The position numbers and the translations under genes are program-made. The notes below the pieces were generated by a model. That model ran no database searches. It worked only from the letters and a program-made list of their open reading frames with translations, and had not been told where the DNA came from. Shown here in pieces: positions 1 to 11,478 of a stretch of DNA of 64,000 bases (positions are counted from its first letter, which is position 1; each line of letters opens with the position of its first letter). The DNA comes from Candidatus Saccharimonadia bacterium (GTDB lineage Bacteria > Patescibacteriota > Saccharimonadia > CAILAD01 > CAZGYV01), in the NCBI GenBank assembly GCA_041906885.1, contig JAYRII010000014.1:74059-138058 (forward strand), given 5' to 3'.

Positions 1-292
1 TTAGTATTAGATTGTCACCAGATGCAACTAACTGTAATTTATCATTAGGTAAGCTAGATACGACTTCGCTCAAAAGCTTTGCAGGCACACTGATAGATCC
101 ATTATTTTCTATTTTAGCTCCTATTGTATATGTGATGGCCATTTCTAAATTAGTCGCTATTATCTTAAGTCTTGATTTGTCAGTTGATATCAAGACATTA
201 CCCAAGACTGGCAGGCTAGTACGGGAGCCAACGATTCTGGTCGTATTATTAAGTGCCCTATTTAGGTTTTCTTGAATGACAGATAGTTTCAT
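1..292 (-). CDS. dnaN: DNA polymerase III beta subunit (sliding clamp), N-terminal part; gene continues beyond left edge of window
   Basis: Reverse-strand translation from ATG (complement at 290-292) gives MKLSVIQENLNRALNNTTRIVGSRTSLPVLGNVLISTDKSRLKIIATNLEMAITYTIGAKIENGSISVPAKLL..., a typical beta-clamp N-terminus. Canonical dnaA-dnaN co-orientation. Absent from the ORF track because there is no in-window stop. Confidence 0.75.
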   Translation of the reverse strand, partial: MKLSVIQENLNRALNNTTRIVGSRTSLPVLGNVLISTDKSRLKIIATNLEMAITYTIGAKIENNGSISVPAKLLSEVVSSLPNDKLQLVASGDNLIL

Positions 293-606
293 TATTGCAG
301 ACTCCAGTTATATTTTAGTTAGGTATATTATAAGTTATTTAGTAGTAGTAGTAATAAGCTTTGTGGATAGTTTGTATAAAGTCATCTTTCTACTTTTATA
401 TAGCGAAAATTTGTAAATCATCTAAGATGTATAAGTTGTGTAGAGCTGGTCTAAAAAGTTTTTATTTCTGTTTATGAACTGGTGATAACTTAATAAGTGT
501 ATTTATCAACTATGGATAAAAAGTGGAAAAATATAACTTTTTACATATTTTTTTCAGACCGTATTCGCTTAATATACACAGCTTATCCACCGACTAATGT
601 GGATAA
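293..606. promoter_or_regulatory. AT-rich dnaA-dnaN intergenic region with DnaA-box-like 9-mers (oriC-type element, possible DNA unwinding element)
   Basis: TTATCCACC at 583-591 and inverted GTGGATAAC at 599-607. tgtggatag near 364-372 and tggataaaa near 513-521. Very AT-rich 300-560. Confidence 0.55.
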
Positions 607-2037
607 CTAAATGATTAATTTTTGTTTAAGAACTCTTATCTCGTGTCCGAGTGACTCATCGGAGCGTGATAATTCAATTATTTTTTTGACACCATGCATA
701 ACGGTAGTGTGGTCTTTTTTACCCAGCGATCGGGCAATAATTGGAAAGCTAATATTATATTCTTCACGCATAATATACATAGCTACCTGTCTGGGCACCA
801 CAATCTCTTTGTCTCGCTTTGGGCTCATTAAATCGACCACTTTTAAGTCAAAATGGGCGGCGGTTTTTTCAATAATTTGTTTTGGATTGGGTTTTTTTGT
901 TTCACCTCGATGGCTTTTTCCCAGCACTTCCTGTGCCACCTCTAGGGTAATAGGCAAGTCGTGGACTTCGCAATAAGCCATTACTTTATTTAGACCGCCC
1001 TCTAACTCACGAATGTTGGTTTCGATCGATTGGGCGATAAACTCAGCCACGTCATCCGGTAAATTTATTTTTTTACCCCTTGCCTTACTGGCAATAATCG
1101 CAACCCTAGTCTCAAAGTCGGGCAATTGAATATCGGCCACCATACCCCACTCAAAGCGGCTACGCAAGCGGTCTTCAAGAGTGGCAATTGCTTTAGGCGG
1201 GCGATCCGAGCAGAGAACTATTTGCTTACCTTTGTGATGCAAGGCATTGAAAGTGTGGAAGAATTCCTCTTGTGTTGCTTGTTTGCCAGCAATAAACTGC
1301 ATATCATCAACTAGCAAGACATCGACTTGGCGATATTTGTCAGGAAATTTATGACCCCTCGATACAGCATTAATAAAGCTACTAATAAAATCTTCACTGG
1401 TAACATATAATATATTCGAACCGGGGGTTTTTTTAGCAATGGCAGAGCTAACTGCAAACAACAAATGGGTCTTTCCAACCCCAGCCGGGCCGTAGAGAAA
1501 AAGAGGATTGTATGAATCGCCCGGTTTTTCGGCGACTAGCTTGGCCGCAGCATAAGCTAGTCGATTACTCGAGCCGACAATAAAATTATCAAAGTTGTAC
1601 TTACTGTATAGATTGTTACGCTGGTTGATATTATTTAGCTCTGCGCGGGCAGAAGATGTGCTAGTGGGTTTTATCTCATGCTCATCATCCGTGTCATTGG
1701 TGCGAGCAAAGGTAGGTTCTTGGCTTGAGCCAGCAATCAAGATATCATTTTTTTCTTGAGTATCGAGATTGGTTTGACCAACAATATACTCAACCTTCGA
1801 GATATCAGGCCTGATTTTTACTAAGGCAGAAAATATCTGGTCGTTGTACTTTTTGGCGATCCAGTCTTTTTGAAAAATATTAAGAGCCGAGATGGTAGCA
1901 ACACCATTATCTATGCTAATCAGTCTTGAGCCATTGACCCAAGTTTTGTAATTAGCCTTACTCAGAGAGACTTCAAGCTCACCGAGAACGGCTTGCCATA
2001 GCTTGTCCAAAGTTGTCATAGTCACAATAGATCTCAC
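607..2037 (-). CDS. dnaA: chromosomal replication initiator DnaA
   Basis: 476 aa. Walker A LFLYGPAGVGKTHLL, AAA+ sensor motifs, C-terminal DnaA-box-binding domain (DHTTVMHGVKKI). Confidence 0.97.
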   Translation of the reverse strand: MRSIVTMTTLDKLWQAVLGELEVSLSKANYKTWVNGSRLISIDNGVATISALNIFQKDWIAKKYNDQIFSALVKIRPDISKVEYIVGQTNLDTQEKNDILIAGSSQEPTFARTNDTDDEHEIKPTSTSSARAELNNINQRNNLYSKYNFDNFIVGSSNRLAYAAAKLVAEKPGDSYNPLFLYGPAGVGKTHLLFAVSSAIAKKTPGSNILYVTSEDFISSFINAVSRGHKFPDKYRQVDVLLVDDMQFIAGKQATQEEFFHTFNALHHKGKQIVLCSDRPPKAIATLEDRLRSRFEWGMVADIQLPDFETRVAIIASKARGKKINLPDDVAEFIAQSIETNIRELEGGLNKVMAYCEVHDLPITLEVAQEVLGKSHRGETKKPNPKQIIEKTAAHFDLKVVDLMSPKRDKEIVVPRQVAMYIMREEYNISFPIIARSLGKKDHTTVMHGVKKIIELSRSDESLGHEIRVLKQKLII

Positions 2038-2225
2038 CCACCAAATGATACTTATATAATAGCGATTTTTTTAGTTTTCCACAACCAACAAATCATCCAA
2101 TTATTTATCCACATTTTCTATCAACTTAAGTGGATAAGCTGTGTACAGGCAGTGAAAAACAAACACCCAAAGTCACTGCTAGGAATTGACTTTTGAGGTT
2201 AAATCAGATAGTATGGATGGGATTT
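2038..2225. promoter_or_regulatory. dnaA upstream region with DnaA boxes (autoregulation / oriC-type element)
   Basis: TTATCCACA at 2105-2113, inverted GTGGATAAG at 2130-2138, tttccacaa at 2076-2084. AT-rich. Confidence 0.55.
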
Positions 2226-2360
2226 ATGAAACGTACACACCAGCCCAAAAAACGAAGACGCCAGAGAGTTCACGGCTTTATGCAGCGTATGTCCACCCGG
2301 ATGGGTAGAGCAGTCCTAAAAAGGCGACAGCTTAAGGGACGCAAGCGAGTTGCTATTTAA
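2226..2360 (+). CDS. rpmH: 50S ribosomal protein L34
   Basis: Translation [44 protein letters not shown], 44 aa. Too short for the ORF track. Conserved rpmH-rnpA arrangement. Confidence 0.9.
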   Translation: MKRTHQPKKRRRQRVHGFMQRMSTRMGRAVLKRRQLKGRKRVAI

Positions 2361-2362
2361 TT

Positions 2363-2713
2363 ATGATTGCCCGAGACTTACGACTCAGGCGAGCGAGTGA
2401 TTTTGCAAAAGTCTATAAGTATGGTCGTAGCTTTGGAACCAAAGACCTTTTTATTAAAGCCATTAAGACAAACTATGACTTGAGCCACACTGCCATAGTA
2501 GTATCGAAAAAAGTCTCAAAAAAAGCTGTGGTGCGTAATAAAATAAAGCGCAAAGGCATTGAGCTGCTGCGTAAACGTTGGGATCGCCTAAAACCAGGCT
2601 ATAATATAGTTGTGACAGTAAAAAAGGATATCAGTGGAGCGACCGAAGCTGAGTTTGAAAAGCAGATTTTTTTCTGCCTCGAAAGACTAGGAATAGCAAG
2701 TAAAAAGGCATAG
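2363..2713 (+). CDS. rnpA: ribonuclease P protein component
   Basis: 116 aa basic protein immediately after rpmH. VSKKVSKKAVVRNKIKR motif typical of RnpA. Confidence 0.88.
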   Translation: MIARDLRLRRASDFAKVYKYGRSFGTKDLFIKAIKTNYDLSHTAIVVSKKVSKKAVVRNKIKRKGIELLRKRWDRLKPGYNIVVTVKKDISGATEAEFEKQIFFCLERLGIASKKA

Positions 2714-2716
2714 GCA

Positions 2717-2995
2717 ATGAAGAAAGTTCTGATTGGTACAATCAATGTTTATCAAAAAACCTTATCGCCCGATCACGGGCTGATGCGTCATCGCCACCCA
2801 AATGGATTTTGCCGTTTCTACCCGAGCTGTAGTGAGTACACTAAGTTGGCCATTAAGGAGAATGGCTCGTTATTGGGCGTGTGGCTGGGGATAAAAAGAG
2901 TAGGGCGATGTACGCCGTGGACCAAGCCAGCGGTAGATTTAAGCTATTTGCCGGAATACACTAAAATAGTTAGCAAGAAAGGTAAACATGTTTAA
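2717..2995 (+). CDS. yidD: membrane protein insertion efficiency factor YidD
   Basis: Conserved CRFYPSCSEY motif. Located between rnpA and yidC. Confidence 0.85.
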   Translation: MKKVLIGTINVYQKTLSPDHGLMRHRHPNGFCRFYPSCSEYTKLAIKENGSLLGVWLGIKRVGRCTPWTKPAVDLSYLPEYTKIVSKKGKHV

Positions 2996-3779
2996 TACGA
3001 TTTTGGTTTATCCCTTACTGAATGTCCTCATAGCGATTTATGGCATTTTACCAGGTCATGATTTTGGAATAAGTGTAATAATCTTAACTTTAATTATTAG
3101 GTTGATACTTTGGCCACTGGCCGGCAAGCAGCTTCGTTCGCAAAAAAAGTTGCAAGCCTTACAGCCAGAGATTGCCAAGCTCAAAAAAGAAGCAGGCGGT
3201 GATCGACAAAAAGAATCAGCCCTTTTGATGGAGCTGTATAAAGAGAAGGAAGTCAATCCTTTTTCATCCTGCTTAACTACAGTTGTCCAGCTACCGTTTT
3301 TAATCGCTTTATTTGTGGTTTTCAGCCAAGCAGCCAAGGGTGCTAATTATGTTTTGCCACATCTATATCCGTGGGTAGCAAATATACCTTATATCAAGCA
3401 AATCATAGCAAGTCCTAGCTTGTTTAACCCCACTTTGTTTGGCGTAATTTCTATGGCCAAGCCAAGTATTATCTTGGCGGTCTTGGCTGGAATTGGCCAA
3501 TATATACAGGTCAAAATGATCACACCGAACGTGCCTAAAGGCAGTAAAGATCCTCAAGCTCAAATGACATCAATGATGGTTTATTTGTTTCCGCTTATCA
3601 CGGTGGCGATTGCTTGGCGCTTGCCAGCTGCTCTACCACTTTACTGGCTGACAACCAATATTGTAGCTATAATTCAACAAAAAATTATCGCCGATAAAGA
3701 AGTTGAGGAGATGGAAGAAGAGCCAGTCGTGATAGTAAATAAACCGTCTGGCTCAAAAAAGAAAAGGAAGAAAAAGTAA
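2988..3779 (+). CDS. yidC: membrane protein insertase YidC/Oxa1 family (short Gram-positive-type)
   Basis: 263 aa, multiple TM helices, lysine-rich C-terminal tail. Synteny with yidD/jag. Confidence 0.85.
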   Translation: MFNTILVYPLLNVLIAIYGILPGHDFGISVIILTLIIRLILWPLAGKQLRSQKKLQALQPEIAKLKKEAGGDRQKESALLMELYKEKEVNPFSSCLTTVVQLPFLIALFVVFSQAAKGANYVLPHLYPWVANIPYIKQIIASPSLFNPTLFGVISMAKPSIILAVLAGIGQYIQVKMITPNVPKGSKDPQAQMTSMMVYLFPLITVAIAWRLPAALPLYWLTTNIVAIIQQKIIADKEVEEMEEEPVVIVNKPSGSKKKRKKK

Positions 3780-4228
3780 TGTTTAATGAGGCTCAGTCAA
3801 AAAACATCACGGCCGAATTGCTTGCCTCGATGGGGGTAGTTGCAGAGCTTGAGACTGGCATTTTTAACGATCAGCCATATTTAAACATCAAAAGTTCAGA
3901 CCATGCTATATTGATTGGGCGCGGTGGAGAAAATCTGCGCTCATTGCAGTATATTGTCAATCTAATCCTGAAGCACCACCTAAAAGACAGTCCTTTTGTG
4001 GTGGTGGACGTGGCAGGCTATAAAAAAGAGCGCAACGATAAAATAGCTACTATCGCCAAAGAAGCTGCTGACAAGGCGATCAGCACGAGTAGGGATGTCC
4101 GACTAAAGCCGATGAATTCTTATGAGCGGCGACTGGTGCACATGCACTTGGCAGAAAATCCAGAGGTGGTGACAAGTAGTGAGGGCGAGGAGCCGCATCG
4201 GACTATTATTGTCAAAAAACGGACTTAA
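3779..4228 (+). CDS. khpB: Jag/KhpB RNA-binding protein (KH + R3H domains)
   Basis: GRGGENLRSLQYIVNLIL (KH) and NSYERRLVHMHLAENPEVVTSSEGEEPHR (R3H). Follows yidC as in the canonical jag locus. Confidence 0.8.
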   Translation: MFNEAQSKNITAELLASMGVVAELETGIFNDQPYLNIKSSDHAILIGRGGENLRSLQYIVNLILKHHLKDSPFVVVDVAGYKKERNDKIATIAKEAADKAISTSRDVRLKPMNSYERRLVHMHLAENPEVVTSSEGEEPHRTIIVKKRT

Positions 4229-4434
4229 CACCCCGAAGCAATTCTATCCGCGACTATCATTGTCAAATCATCACTCACTTCAACGCCGTAGGCATACTGC
4301 GCCCCGAGATGATCACTCGATTTTCCTTGATATTCACGGTACAATTGCTTCTCTAAAATATTCGAAAATCGTCCAAGAAGTAGCGTAATTGCTTCTTAAA
4401 TAAAAATCTTTTTACTTTAATAGATATTATTTTT

Positions 4435-5826
4435 ATGATTCCAGTGAAAATAATAAAATATGATACAATTGCCGCGATTGCCTCGCCGTCTGGGCGGGGG
4501 GCAATAGGTATTGTTAGAGTCAGTGGCCCAAAGGCAAAAGCTTTATTGGGGGCGATCTATCGTCCACTCAAGAAGGGACAGATTAAGCCGAGAGAGTTGA
4601 TGTTGGGCTGGGTATATGATGGCGATAAAAAGCTTGATCAGGTATTGAGCGTCTTAATGCCGGGCCCAAATTCGTACACAGCAGAAGATGTTGTCGAGAT
4701 CCACACCCATGGTTCGGCAGCTGTGACTCAGGCTGTATTGGGATTGCTCTTAGATCGCGGAGCTCGTCTGGCCGAACCGGGCGAATTTACCAAAAGAGCC
4801 TACCTAAATGGCAAGATAGACCTCTTACAAGCCGAAGCAATTGGTGATTTGATCGCGGCTGAGAATGAGACTATGATTCGGTTAGCTTCCGACCAGTTAG
4901 CTGGAAAGCTGAGTAAGGAAATTAGGTCAATCAGAGATGAAGTAATAAGCCTAGCTGCTCACGAGTCGGCCTTACTTGATTTTAGCGAAGAGGATATCTC
5001 ACCCGCAGACACCCAAAAAACTATCAAGGCGCTAGATAATATCCACCATAAGATTGATAGATTATTATTAAATTCTGACCAAGTGGCGGTTTTGCGAAAA
5101 GGCTATAAAGTAGCTTTAGTTGGCCTGTCTAATGCCGGCAAGTCAACGCTACTTAATAGCTTGCTTGGCTATGAGAGGTCGATAGTGACCAGCATCCCTG
5201 GCACCACTCGAGATACGATTGAAGAAGTTGTCAATATTAACGGAATAAACATTAGATTGATAGATACGGCAGGACTAAATTCCAAGCCAGAAGAGGTTGA
5301 GCAGATAGGCATCGAGCGAACTAAAGAGGAGATAAATAATAGCGATCTGATATTGCTTTTAATTGAGCCAGGCCGCGAGTATGCGACCAGTCGATATATC
5401 AAAGAAAATCATTTATTTGAGGGTGGTGCAAAGACAAAGGAGAACGTGGTGGTGATATGGACCAAAAGCGACTTAGAATCTAAGCCCGATCCAACAAAAT
5501 TAGCTTTAAAAATAAATAAGAATATCAACGTGTCAGCTGCTAGCGGTAAGGGGCTGGAGGATATCCAGAGCATATTGGAGCAATATGCAAACGACAAGGG
5601 GGTTTTAGAGACAGCCACTACTACAACGTATCGACAAATAGAAGCCTTAAAAATTGCGCAGTCGCAAATTAGGATGAGCCAGAAGTCGCTGGCGGACGGA
5701 GTTGGTAGTGATATCCTGGTGGCCGAATTGGAACAAGTCGCCCATACATTAGGAGGCTTGACCGGCGACGTCACAAACCAAGAGATAATTGACTCGATAT
5801 TTACTAACTTTTGCGTAGGAAAATAG
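4435..5826 (+). CDS. mnmE: tRNA modification GTPase MnmE (TrmE)
   Basis: 463 aa. N-terminal IAAIASPSGRGAIGIVRVSGP, G-domain GLSNAGKSTLLN / DTAG, C-terminal CVGK motif. Confidence 0.92.
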   Translation: MIPVKIIKYDTIAAIASPSGRGAIGIVRVSGPKAKALLGAIYRPLKKGQIKPRELMLGWVYDGDKKLDQVLSVLMPGPNSYTAEDVVEIHTHGSAAVTQAVLGLLLDRGARLAEPGEFTKRAYLNGKIDLLQAEAIGDLIAAENETMIRLASDQLAGKLSKEIRSIRDEVISLAAHESALLDFSEEDISPADTQKTIKALDNIHHKIDRLLLNSDQVAVLRKGYKVALVGLSNAGKSTLLNSLLGYERSIVTSIPGTTRDTIEEVVNINGINIRLIDTAGLNSKPEEVEQIGIERTKEEINNSDLILLLIEPGREYATSRYIKENHLFEGGAKTKENVVVIWTKSDLESKPDPTKLALKINKNINVSAASGKGLEDIQSILEQYANDKGVLETATTTTYRQIEALKIAQSQIRMSQKSLADGVGSDILVAELEQVAHTLGGLTGDVTNQEIIDSIFTNFCVGK

Positions 5827-5855
5827 ACAGGATTAGATAGTCTGGCGGGGATGTT

Positions 5856-7802
5856 CTAGTTGATGTGAGGGTAGTCGAGAGCTGATTTGTAGTATGTATT
5901 TATAGTATCAGTCTTAGCAACAGCACCATTTACCATTACATCGCGATAAAAGACCGTGTGTGATGGTTGATTGGCGTCGTTATTCCCGCTAATAAACTGC
6001 GGCCCCCTGATAACCCCAGATTTGGTCTTCGTTCCATAAAATCTAAACTTCAGTGTCGTGCCTTTCATCTCTGTCTGAATCAGGATATATGCACCTGTGT
6101 CATTTTTGAATTTCATGTCCACTTGAGGGTAGTAGATGGTGGCATCAACGCCAGGTACACCATAAGGCTCAGTGTAGTAACTGACGGCAAAGGCGTGATT
6201 GTGCCGCTCGACGATCGGCAGGCCAGCTAAAAGTGCAGCTCGGTAGGCGGTAGAAGATACTTGGCATAAGCCGCCACCATAGTCGGTGCCTTGTTTGCCG
6301 TCCAAGATGACGTAGCTTTTGGCATAACCCTGTTCGGGTCCAACATCTCCCAGAAGGGCACCAAATGAAAAAGTATCATCTGGCTTAAGCAATACACCAT
6401 TAAATTTAGAGGCGCCAATTCGCACATTGGTCAGCCTGGCAGCCGATGAGCCTGGAAAATAACTAACCCCTTCGCTCAAGAGCTCCTTAATGCCAAGATT
6501 ATTGATATTGTCGTCATCAACATCAGCTTTGGTAGTGTTGATTTGAAGTGCCACTGTACGGCTTGCACTATTTGCAGAAGTCAAAGCGGCAAAGATGACA
6601 TCGGCACTTTTATCGATATCAAGCTTCTTGCCGTCGCGACTTTGCTTAAAAACAGTCGCCTTGTCACCTTCAATCGTAAGCTGAGCATCCTGAGCATCGA
6701 CGTTGATTTGACCAGCAATTTCACCCAGATAGTTTTTAATCTCAGATCTATCAAAACTGAATTGAGAGTCAGTTTCTATTTTTGAATAATAGCTTGTTAG
6801 TAGAGGTTTGTTTTTGACAACTGTGTTTGCGGCACCGGGGTACTTGAGCCAGCTGACAATATTTTTGACTTCAATGTTCCACGACTTGTCGGCCCCGGTT
6901 AATTTCAGCGGCTTAGACACAAAATTTTCGATAGCCATCCTATTGGCGGCTATGGTGTCATCTCCAACCAAAGGCTTGATGGTGATAGACTCGGCTTTTA
7001 TTTGCTTGATATCAAGCAGGCGCAAATGATTGTCTATGTCGAGAATTAACCCACCAAGATCAAGTCGCTGACCATTTTTACCCGGCTCAACCGTTAGTTT
7101 ATTGTCGGCGTAGTCAAAAGTAGCATTTGAGACTGGAGCGGCTGTCTTGTTGTACACCTCATCAAGTGTGCTAGAAAGTTTTTCACCCGAGTAGTTTAGA
7201 TTGGAAGTATTTTTCTTAGCACCACCAAGCATTAGACTTATTTGCTGGGATAGCCGATTAAAAATACTACCGGTGCGGCATTGGGCATAAAGTTCATCAA
7301 CCAGCGTTTGATTGTTATAGGTCAGGTCAATCGAGTGCAAGTCGATTTTTGTATTATTTTGGCCGTTAGTCACAAATAGGGGGGTGTCTATAAAAGTTGC
7401 CGTTTGTTCGTCTAGAAGTTTTTTGGCATCATTTTTTGTTAGGCCACCCAAATAGATTCCATTACCCCAGACACCGGGATATACCCTTTGAGCGTAAGCT
7501 GCTCGTAAGCTGAACATCCCAATGATAAAAATAAGCAGCGAAAACAGCAGAAACGACAGTATTTTTTGACTACCACTCCAGCGGCGAATATTTGGCAAAT
7601 TGAAGACGTGGCTCTCTGTCGTCTTAGCTTCAACTTGGGAGTCGCCGGGTAGCTTACCAGGCTTTTTAAGCGCAACAACATCCACCCGGCTGCTTATGGG
7701 GCGGTGCGAATTATTAGGAGGTAGCTTATTCGGCTTGACCATTATTATATTATATACCGAGGCGGTATATTTTCGTATATTTTTCGATTTATAGCACGCC
7801 AA
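5856..7802 (-). CDS. VanW-family protein with N-terminal membrane anchor (start codon uncertain; alternative ATG at 7742)
   Basis: C-terminal region YAKSYVILDGKQGTDYGGGLCQVSSTAYRAALLAGLPIVERHNHAF matches the VanW domain. TM helix near the N-terminus. Confidence 0.6.
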   Translation of the reverse strand: MACYKSKNIRKYTASVYNIIMVKPNKLPPNNSHRPISSRVDVVALKKPGKLPGDSQVEAKTTESHVFNLPNIRRWSGSQKILSFLLFSLLIFIIGMFSLRAAYAQRVYPGVWGNGIYLGGLTKNDAKKLLDEQTATFIDTPLFVTNGQNNTKIDLHSIDLTYNNQTLVDELYAQCRTGSIFNRLSQQISLMLGGAKKNTSNLNYSGEKLSSTLDEVYNKTAAPVSNATFDYADNKLTVEPGKNGQRLDLGGLILDIDNHLRLLDIKQIKAESITIKPLVGDDTIAANRMAIENFVSKPLKLTGADKSWNIEVKNIVSWLKYPGAANTVVKNKPLLTSYYSKIETDSQFSFDRSEIKNYLGEIAGQINVDAQDAQLTIEGDKATVFKQSRDGKKLDIDKSADVIFAALTSANSASRTVALQINTTKADVDDDNINNLGIKELLSEGVSYFPGSSAARLTNVRIGASKFNGVLLKPDDTFSFGALLGDVGPEQGYAKSYVILDGKQGTDYGGGLCQVSSTAYRAALLAGLPIVERHNHAFAVSYYTEPYGVPGVDATIYYPQVDMKFKNDTGAYILIQTEMKGTTLKFRFYGTKTKSGVIRGPQFISGNNDANQPSHTVFYRDVMVNGAVAKTDTINTYYKSALDYPHIN

Positions 7803-7872
7803 TGGCTAAAGTAGCGTTTAGATTCTTAGGTGGGTATAATGATGAAAGTTGTTTTAAAAAGACAGGCTATTT

Positions 7873-8307
7873 TTGTTTAAAAAATTTTTTATAGAAAAAA
7901 CCAACAGCACAAAAATTCAGTTTTTCCGTTATTTTTTTGTTGGCGGCACAGGGTTTGTAACTGATTTTACTATTTATTATATTTTAACGAGATATTTTCA
8001 TCTGTTTTATATTGCTGCTAACATCGTAAGCTTTATGACGGCTATGGTGGCTACCTATATCATGAGTGTGGCATGGGTTTTTCCACGACGGGGCGAACGA
8101 ACCATGCTGGCTGAATTTGGCATATTTGCCGCAATTGGTGTGATTGGACTGGCTATAAATTCACTGGTGTTGGGGCTTTTAACTCAAAAAATGTACATCT
8201 TCGATCTAATTGCTAAGGTCGTTGCGGCAGCCATTGTCTATATTTGGAACTTTTTCGTGCGCAAATACTTTTTATTTAATGAGCCGCCAGTCCCTAAGCA
8301 TTTATAG
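7873..8307 (+). CDS. GtrA-family polysaccharide/lipid-linked sugar flippase-like membrane protein
   Basis: 144 aa, 4 TM. FFRYFFVGGTGFVTDFTIYYIL ... YIWNFFVRKYFLF is characteristic of the GtrA family. Confidence 0.75.
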   Translation: MFKKFFIEKTNSTKIQFFRYFFVGGTGFVTDFTIYYILTRYFHLFYIAANIVSFMTAMVATYIMSVAWVFPRRGERTMLAEFGIFAAIGVIGLAINSLVLGLLTQKMYIFDLIAKVVAAAIVYIWNFFVRKYFLFNEPPVPKHL

Positions 8308-8312
8308 CCTAG

Positions 8313-9400
<1,088 letters not shown>

Positions 9401-9401
<1 letters not shown>

Positions 9402-10258
9402 TGAAGGGAATAATCTTAGCTGGGGGCAGCGGTACCAGGCTCCATCCAATCACCTTTGGTATAAGCAAGCAGATAATGCCCATTTATGATAAGCCGATGA
9501 TTTACTATCCTCTTTCGACTCTCATGATGGCAGGCATTAGAGATATTCTAATAATCTCTACTCCTACTGATTTGCCAAACTTCAAACGACTTTTAGGCGA
9601 TGGCAGCCAAATTGGTTGTAACTTTAGCTATGCCAAACAGAGTGAACCAAACGGCCTAGCCCAGTCCTTTGTGATCGGAAAACAATTTATCGGTGACGAT
9701 AGCGTGGCATTAATCTTAGGCGATAATATATTCTATGGCTCAGATCTTGGCGATAAGTTAAAGAAATTTACTACTCCTGATGGTGGAATAGTGTTTGCTT
9801 ATCACGTATCAGACCCAGAACGATATGGCGTAGTGGAGTTTGATCACAACATGAAAGCTATCTCAATAGAAGAAAAACCATCCAATCCCAAGTCCAGCTA
9901 TGCTGTACCAGGTCTATATTTTTATGATAATAAAGTAGTAGAAATTGCTCATTCCATAAAACCAAGTGACAGAGGAGAATACGAAATAACGGATGTGAAT
10001 AATATTTACTTGAAAGAGGGAAGGCTTAAAGTGGGGGTTTTAGACAGAGGAACCGCTTGGCTTGATACGGGCACCTTCACCTCTCTCATGCAGGCTGCTC
10101 AGTTTGTCCAAGTTATAGAAGAAAGACAAGGACTTAAGATTGGCTGTATCGAGGAAGTGGCATTTCGCGAGGGATATATTGACGCCAATAAGATTGAAAT
10201 CATAGCCAAAAAGCTTATGAAGAGTGGCTACGGCAAATATTTGATGAGCATTCTTTAA
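9401..10258 (+). CDS. rfbA: glucose-1-phosphate thymidylyltransferase
   Basis: [18 protein letters not shown]..., typical RmlA. ATG at 9401 overlaps the rfbB stop (ATAATG). Confidence 0.9.
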
Positions 10259-10767
10259 AAACAATATTTATATGTAAATTGGATATTAGGGGCGATGATG
10301 GTATTAAGAATCTAGTTAAATATTAAATATTTTTATCAAATTTATATTTAATTAGGTCATTAAAACAATTAATGCCATCAATAATATTAATCTTTTTGCC
10401 CTGCTGTATAGTCCGCCCATTAAACGATATCGGCACTTCAAATATTGTAACCCTTCCGGATCTATGCACATTTTATTCCTAACAAAGCCCTCGATAGTAC
10501 GTGTGTTAATCAATTGATTCGATATGTCATCCCCCCAGGCTAATTGCTACTTTATGAAAATAATAGATTTTAGTGTCAGCGCATGATCATAGGGTTTGTT
10601 TATTTGAGTAGCCTACCTTCAAATGTTATATTATATAGTGTCGATTACTACTATGTGAGGATATTATTCTAATAGCTGTATGACCAAATATAAATAAAAC
10701 TCAAACACAAGAATAATCGAACTGCTAAAAGACGACTACAGCCAATATCCAACCAAACTACCATATA

Positions 10768-11478
10768 ATGACTAAAGTAAAAAAAATCGCAATCATTATG
10801 CCTGCTTACAATGAAGGCCAAGTGATTAATAAAGTTATTTCTGATATTAAAGAGATACTTCATGAAAAAAAATATAATTTTGAAATTATTGTCGTAGACG
10901 ACTCGTCTAAAGACAACACAGTGACTAGGTCTAAGGAGGCAGGAGCCACAGTAGTCCCTCATATCATCAATACTGGTAGTGGTGGAGCTACGTCTACGGG
11001 CATAAGCTATGCACAACAGAACAGATTCGATGTTGCAGTCACAGTGGATGCTGATGGCCAACACACGCCCGAGGATATGGTTAAAGGCTTAGAAATCATG
11101 CAAGGATCAGATGCCGATCTACTAATTGGCAGCAGACTAATTAATCCAGCTGGCATGTCTAAAACAAAAATAACTGGCAATCATGGTCTAACTATCTTTA
11201 CTAATGTATTGTTTGGTGTAAAAACTACCGATTCACAGTCTGGACTAAGGATATTCTCAAAAAAAGCAATAGATAGTTTGAGGTGGAAATCGAGCGGCTA
11301 TGAGTTTTGCTCAGAAATGCTCTGGAGGGCCAAGCAATGTGGCCTTAAAATAGATGAGTATCCCATCAGTGCTTTATATACAAGCTATTCAATATCAAAA
11401 GGCCAAAACAACTGGAACTCTATCAATATAATAAAATCATTGTTGTATAGAAGAGTAATGGAGTTTTTTGGTGAGTAG
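10768..11478 (+). CDS. GT2 glycosyltransferase, polyprenol-phosphate sugar synthase type (GtrB/DPM1-like)
   Basis: IIMPAYNEGQVI ... EIIVVDDSSKDNT. About 235 aa, typical of Und-P-glucose/mannose synthases. Confidence 0.85.
   Translation: MTKVKKIAIIMPAYNEGQVINKVISDIKEILHEKKYNFEIIVVDDSSKDNTVTRSKEAGATVVPHIINTGSGGATSTGISYAQQNRFDVAVTVDADGQHTPEDMVKGLEIMQGSDADLLIGSRLINPAGMSKTKITGNHGLTIFTNVLFGVKTTDSQSGLRIFSKKAIDSLRWKSSGYEFCSEMLWRAKQCGLKIDEYPISALYTSYSISKGQNNWNSINIIKSLLYRRVMEFFGE

Noticed and set aside
12-275. 87-aa plus-strand ORF at the window start
   Set aside because: It lies antisense to a clear dnaN N-terminus on the minus strand (MKLSVIQENLNRAL...RTSLPVLGNVLI). It has no motif and its position is atypical.
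3056-3563. Minus-strand ORFs inside yidC
   Set aside because: They are antisense to a conserved essential gene with clear YidC features.
5856-7802. Considered calling the VanW-family gene a transglycosylase or peptidoglycan hydrolase
   Set aside because: Only the VanW-type C-terminal signature is recognisable. No catalytic motif of lytic transglycosylases or amidases was seen, so the call is kept generic.
10669-11064. 131-aa minus-strand ORF
   Set aside because: It overlaps the start of a well-supported GT2 gene on the opposite strand and extends into an AT-rich non-coding gap. Cys-rich and low complexity, likely spurious.
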